Under the pieces are notes generated by a model. The model searched no databases and was not told the origin of the DNA. It saw only the letters and a program-made list of their open reading frames with translations. A stretch of 58,183 nucleotides of DNA, from positions 1 through 58,183 of IMG/VR virus record IMGVR_UViG_3300032156_000010. The stretch is one strand, 5' to 3'. A program made the position numbers and the translations under genes. Shown here piece by piece: positions 56,054 to 58,183 of this stretch. Source of the stretch: a virus. Taxonomy: Duplodnaviria; Caudoviricetes. Within the stretch, counting starts at the first letter, position 1. Each line of letters starts with the position of its first letter.

Positions 56054-56124
56054 CCCTGACGGTGAGCGGGGTCGGCTTCGGCCGGCCCTAAACCCCAGTC
56101 CGGGTACGCAAGGCCCGGCCAGGG
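56054..56124 (+). ncRNA. probable circularly permuted (P5-type) twister ribozyme
   Basis: CCCUG..GGU-GA-GCG-[GGGUCGGC UUCG GCCGGCCC]-U^AA-ACC-CC..CCGGG-UACGCAAGG-CCCGG..CAGGG; T1 GCG/CGC and T2 CC/GG pseudoknots possible. Confidence 0.6.
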
Positions 56125-56146
56125 AATTTGAACAAGGAGGAATCGA

Positions 56147-56446
56147 ATGGTACAAAGACGGGACATGGATCCCAGGATGGAGCTCATCGAGCGGATGAGG
56201 ATTAAAGTCAGAGCGGATTGCTCTAAGGAAATTGCAGACATCGAAAACCGAAAGGCGAAGACGATGGAATGGCTCGACATGGAGGAGCTACGCGTGGCGA
56301 AGTCGGCGCTGACGGGCGGGGTGATATCACTGACGCTGGAAGAAGATGCCCGCGGTCCGAAAGTCACGGACAACCGGTCGGGCGAGACAACGCGGCTGCC
56401 CGGCCCGCTGCCGGAGGAACAAAAAAAAGAGGAGAAAGAAGCGTGA
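56147..56446 (+). CDS. hypothetical protein
   Basis: RBS AAGGAGG. Confidence 0.65.
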   Translation: MVQRRDMDPRMELIERMRIKVRADCSKEIADIENRKAKTMEWLDMEELRVAKSALTGGVISLTLEEDARGPKVTDNRSGETTRLPGPLPEEQKKEEKEA

Positions 56447-56646
56447 TAAAAAAGCCAAAAGGAAAGGGTCTGGCAAGTCTGATCGCCGCCACAATTGCCT
56501 TCGCCCAGGTCGTGCTCATCGTTCTCAAACTGGACCATCGGATTGATTCTTGGCTTTTGGCGCTGAGCCCGCTGTGGAGTTTTATGATTGTAATTATCAT
56601 ATTGCTGGCGATCGGGACATTCATTGACAAAGGACCAACTGGATGA
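56443..56646 (+). CDS. small 2-TM membrane protein
   Basis: VLIVLKL...IDSWL.ALSPLW; GTGA overlap. Confidence 0.6.
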   Translation: MIKKPKGKGLASLIAATIAFAQVVLIVLKLDHRIDSWLLALSPLWSFMIVIIILLAIGTFIDKGPTG

Positions 56647-56991
56647 AAGAAGCTGGCCGGAGTGACCGGAGACCCGTAGCAGGGCGGTGTCGACGGGTTT
56701 TTTGCCTGGGTTCCCTACCCATTTCATTGACCCCTCCTTTTTGGACTTGCCTACTCGCCCGCCCCACTCCGGCCGGCTCTTATTGGAGGGACTAATGACG
56801 GTAAAAGAATTGGCTGCCGATCTGAGGGCGGCCCAAAAGAGAAATTCGGGCGCTTATTTGATTCTATCTCAAGTGGCGGCAATTTCGGAAGACAGAATCC
56901 GAGATATTGCCGAAGAGAAAGTTCTGCCGACCGTCTATGAAAAAGGCGTACTTGAGGCCTTGAGATAAAAAGAAGAAGGAAGGATAAATAA

Positions 56992-57489
56992 ATGAGCGAA
57001 AATGATTGGCGAGATTTATATGGGGATCGCTCGCAGGATTTCTTTGCGGGGATACGGGCAGCCCTTAAAACGCTCGGTATTAAAGAAGGCAGTATTCAGA
57101 TAAAAAATTCTTCCTTGGAGACGTGCATCGAAAAAGATTTTTGTTGCAAAATTCACTATCTGGGCATTAAGCCGGAACTCAAAATAGGAGATACGATTCT
57201 TTGGCCTGATCGCGATGGCGATGTGATTGGATCGTTCGACGAACTTATATTTGCCCAAAGACATCGTGATGATGTGGTTTTAATATGGGATTGGAAGCGA
57301 GCTTGCGCCTGGTTGATAGAAAAGGGATGGACTATTTTGACACTTAATCGCCATGACTTGGGCTCGGACTTTGAGGCGTATTCCGGTGGATTAAATAAAA
57401 AATTAAAAGCAAAGGGAGATACCGGCCTAGAGGCGATTTTAAAAGTCTTTGTGGCCGCGGCAGGGGAAGAGACAAATGGAAGAAAATAA
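56992..57489 (+). CDS. hypothetical protein
   Basis: ORF with RBS. Confidence 0.6.
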   Translation: MSENDWRDLYGDRSQDFFAGIRAALKTLGIKEGSIQIKNSSLETCIEKDFCCKIHYLGIKPELKIGDTILWPDRDGDVIGSFDELIFAQRHRDDVVLIWDWKRACAWLIEKGWTILTLNRHDLGSDFEAYSGGLNKKLKAKGDTGLEAILKVFVAAAGEETNGRK

Positions 57490-57991
57490 AATAATCTGGC
57501 AAAAAATCTTCGAGGCCTTTATTCCCGGCCCGGCCAAAGGACAACCGAGGCCGCGGGCAACGGCCATGATGGGGAGACGTGGGCGATTCGTCGGCCACGT
57601 CTATAAGAGTCGGGCGCAGGAGATCGCCGAGGCTATTTGCCGGGTGGCGATGGATATAGAGGGCGAATATTCGCTCGGTGTCAAGGGCCCCTTTCCTACC
57701 GAATCCCCGGTCGAGCTCCGCGTTTCTGCTTATATCCGTCCGCCCAAGACGATGACAAAACAGCGACGGGCGGAGATCGCGGCCGGCATCGCTTTCCCGA
57801 TTAAAAAACCTGATCTCAAGAATATCATCGCCCTGGTCGAGGATGTGATGACCGGTAGGATATTTAGAGACGATGCTCAGGTGGTCTGTATCTCGGCGAC
57901 GAAAGACTACACGAAAGAAGGTAGTGAGCTCCGAGATCGCGAGGGGATTCGCGTCGTAGTGAATGAGGCCACCGTTGACAAAGCACTCTAA
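57476..57991 (+). CDS. rusA: RusA-like Holliday junction resolvase
   Basis: IPG..KGQPRPR, KKPDLKNIIALVEDVMTG.IFRDDAQVV...ATKDY. Confidence 0.85.
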   Translation: MEENKIIWQKIFEAFIPGPAKGQPRPRATAMMGRRGRFVGHVYKSRAQEIAEAICRVAMDIEGEYSLGVKGPFPTESPVELRVSAYIRPPKTMTKQRRAEIAAGIAFPIKKPDLKNIIALVEDVMTGRIFRDDAQVVCISATKDYTKEGSELRDREGIRVVVNEATVDKAL

Positions 57992-58003
57992 TAATGTTAG
58001 ATT
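57975..58003 (+). promoter_or_regulatory. sigma70-type promoter for the Y RNA/Ro60 locus
   Basis: TTGACA (57975-80), 17-bp spacer, extended -10 TGnTAGATT (57995-58003); predicted TSS near 58010 coincides with the 5' end of Y RNA 1. Confidence 0.8.
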
Positions 58004-58009
58004 ATAAGC

Positions 58010-58093
58010 GGCGAGGTTGCGTAGGTGAGAGTTACTTCGTTCAGCAAACGTTGGCCGAAAGGCCAGTCTCTCTTGCCGGCTGTTCTCCTTGCC
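58010..58093 (+). ncRNA. Y RNA-like RNA 1 (short, no tRNA-like domain; spans the circular junction, 3' half also at 1-37)
   Basis: Terminal stem GGCGAGG/CCUUGCC; shared motifs UUGCGUAGGUGAGAG, UACUUCG, GCCGGCUGUU; UGGCC-GAAA-GGCCA hairpin; upstream of TROVE gene. Confidence 0.75.
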
Positions 58094-58183
58094 CTTCAAT
58101 CTCCGCTACAAAATGGGGTTGCGTAGGTGAGAGATACTTCGGCCTTGGAACCTTGCCCGAAAGGGCAGTTTCTCTCGCCGGCT
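58057..58183. repeat. 127-bp terminal direct repeat identical to 1-127 (circular-assembly overlap; genome about 58,056 bp)
   Basis: 58057-58183 matches 1-127 exactly; 127 is a common assembler k-mer length. Confidence 0.95.

Noticed and set aside
58057-58183. Biological terminal repeat or extra Y RNA copies
   Set aside because: Exact 127-bp overlap typical of circular contig assembly; counted once

Overview
The window is a complete circularly assembled tailed-phage genome of about 58,056 bp. Bases 58057-58183 repeat bases 1-127, which looks like assembler overlap. It is siphovirus-like, with a tail tube, a frameshifted chaperone, a tape measure and no sheath. No integrase or DNA polymerase was recognised. 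Layout: (i) across the junction, a sigma70 promoter drives three tandem Y-RNA-like RNAs followed by a Ro60/TROVE gene; (ii) 2.3-9 kb: nucleases, lysis genes and a partly deleted 7-deazaguanine/glycosyltransferase DNA-modification cluster; (iii) 9-39.7 kb: packaging, head and tail genes, with an apparently split XkdF-type protease and a 10-gene glycan/LicD/methyltransferase cassette inside the neck genes; (iv) 39.9-45.8 kb: a leftward early operon with a long structured boxA leader and four type II hammerhead ribozymes placed between genes; (v) 46-58 kb: a rightward recombination/replication operon with a probable twister ribozyme. The most notable feature is the density of RNA-level devices: ribozyme-punctuated early mRNA, anti-SD repeats in its leader, and the Ro60/Y-RNA array. 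A roughly 130-bp inverted repeat brackets the late region and the replication-origin iterons are duplicated. All protein calls come from motif recognition by eye, not from database searches.
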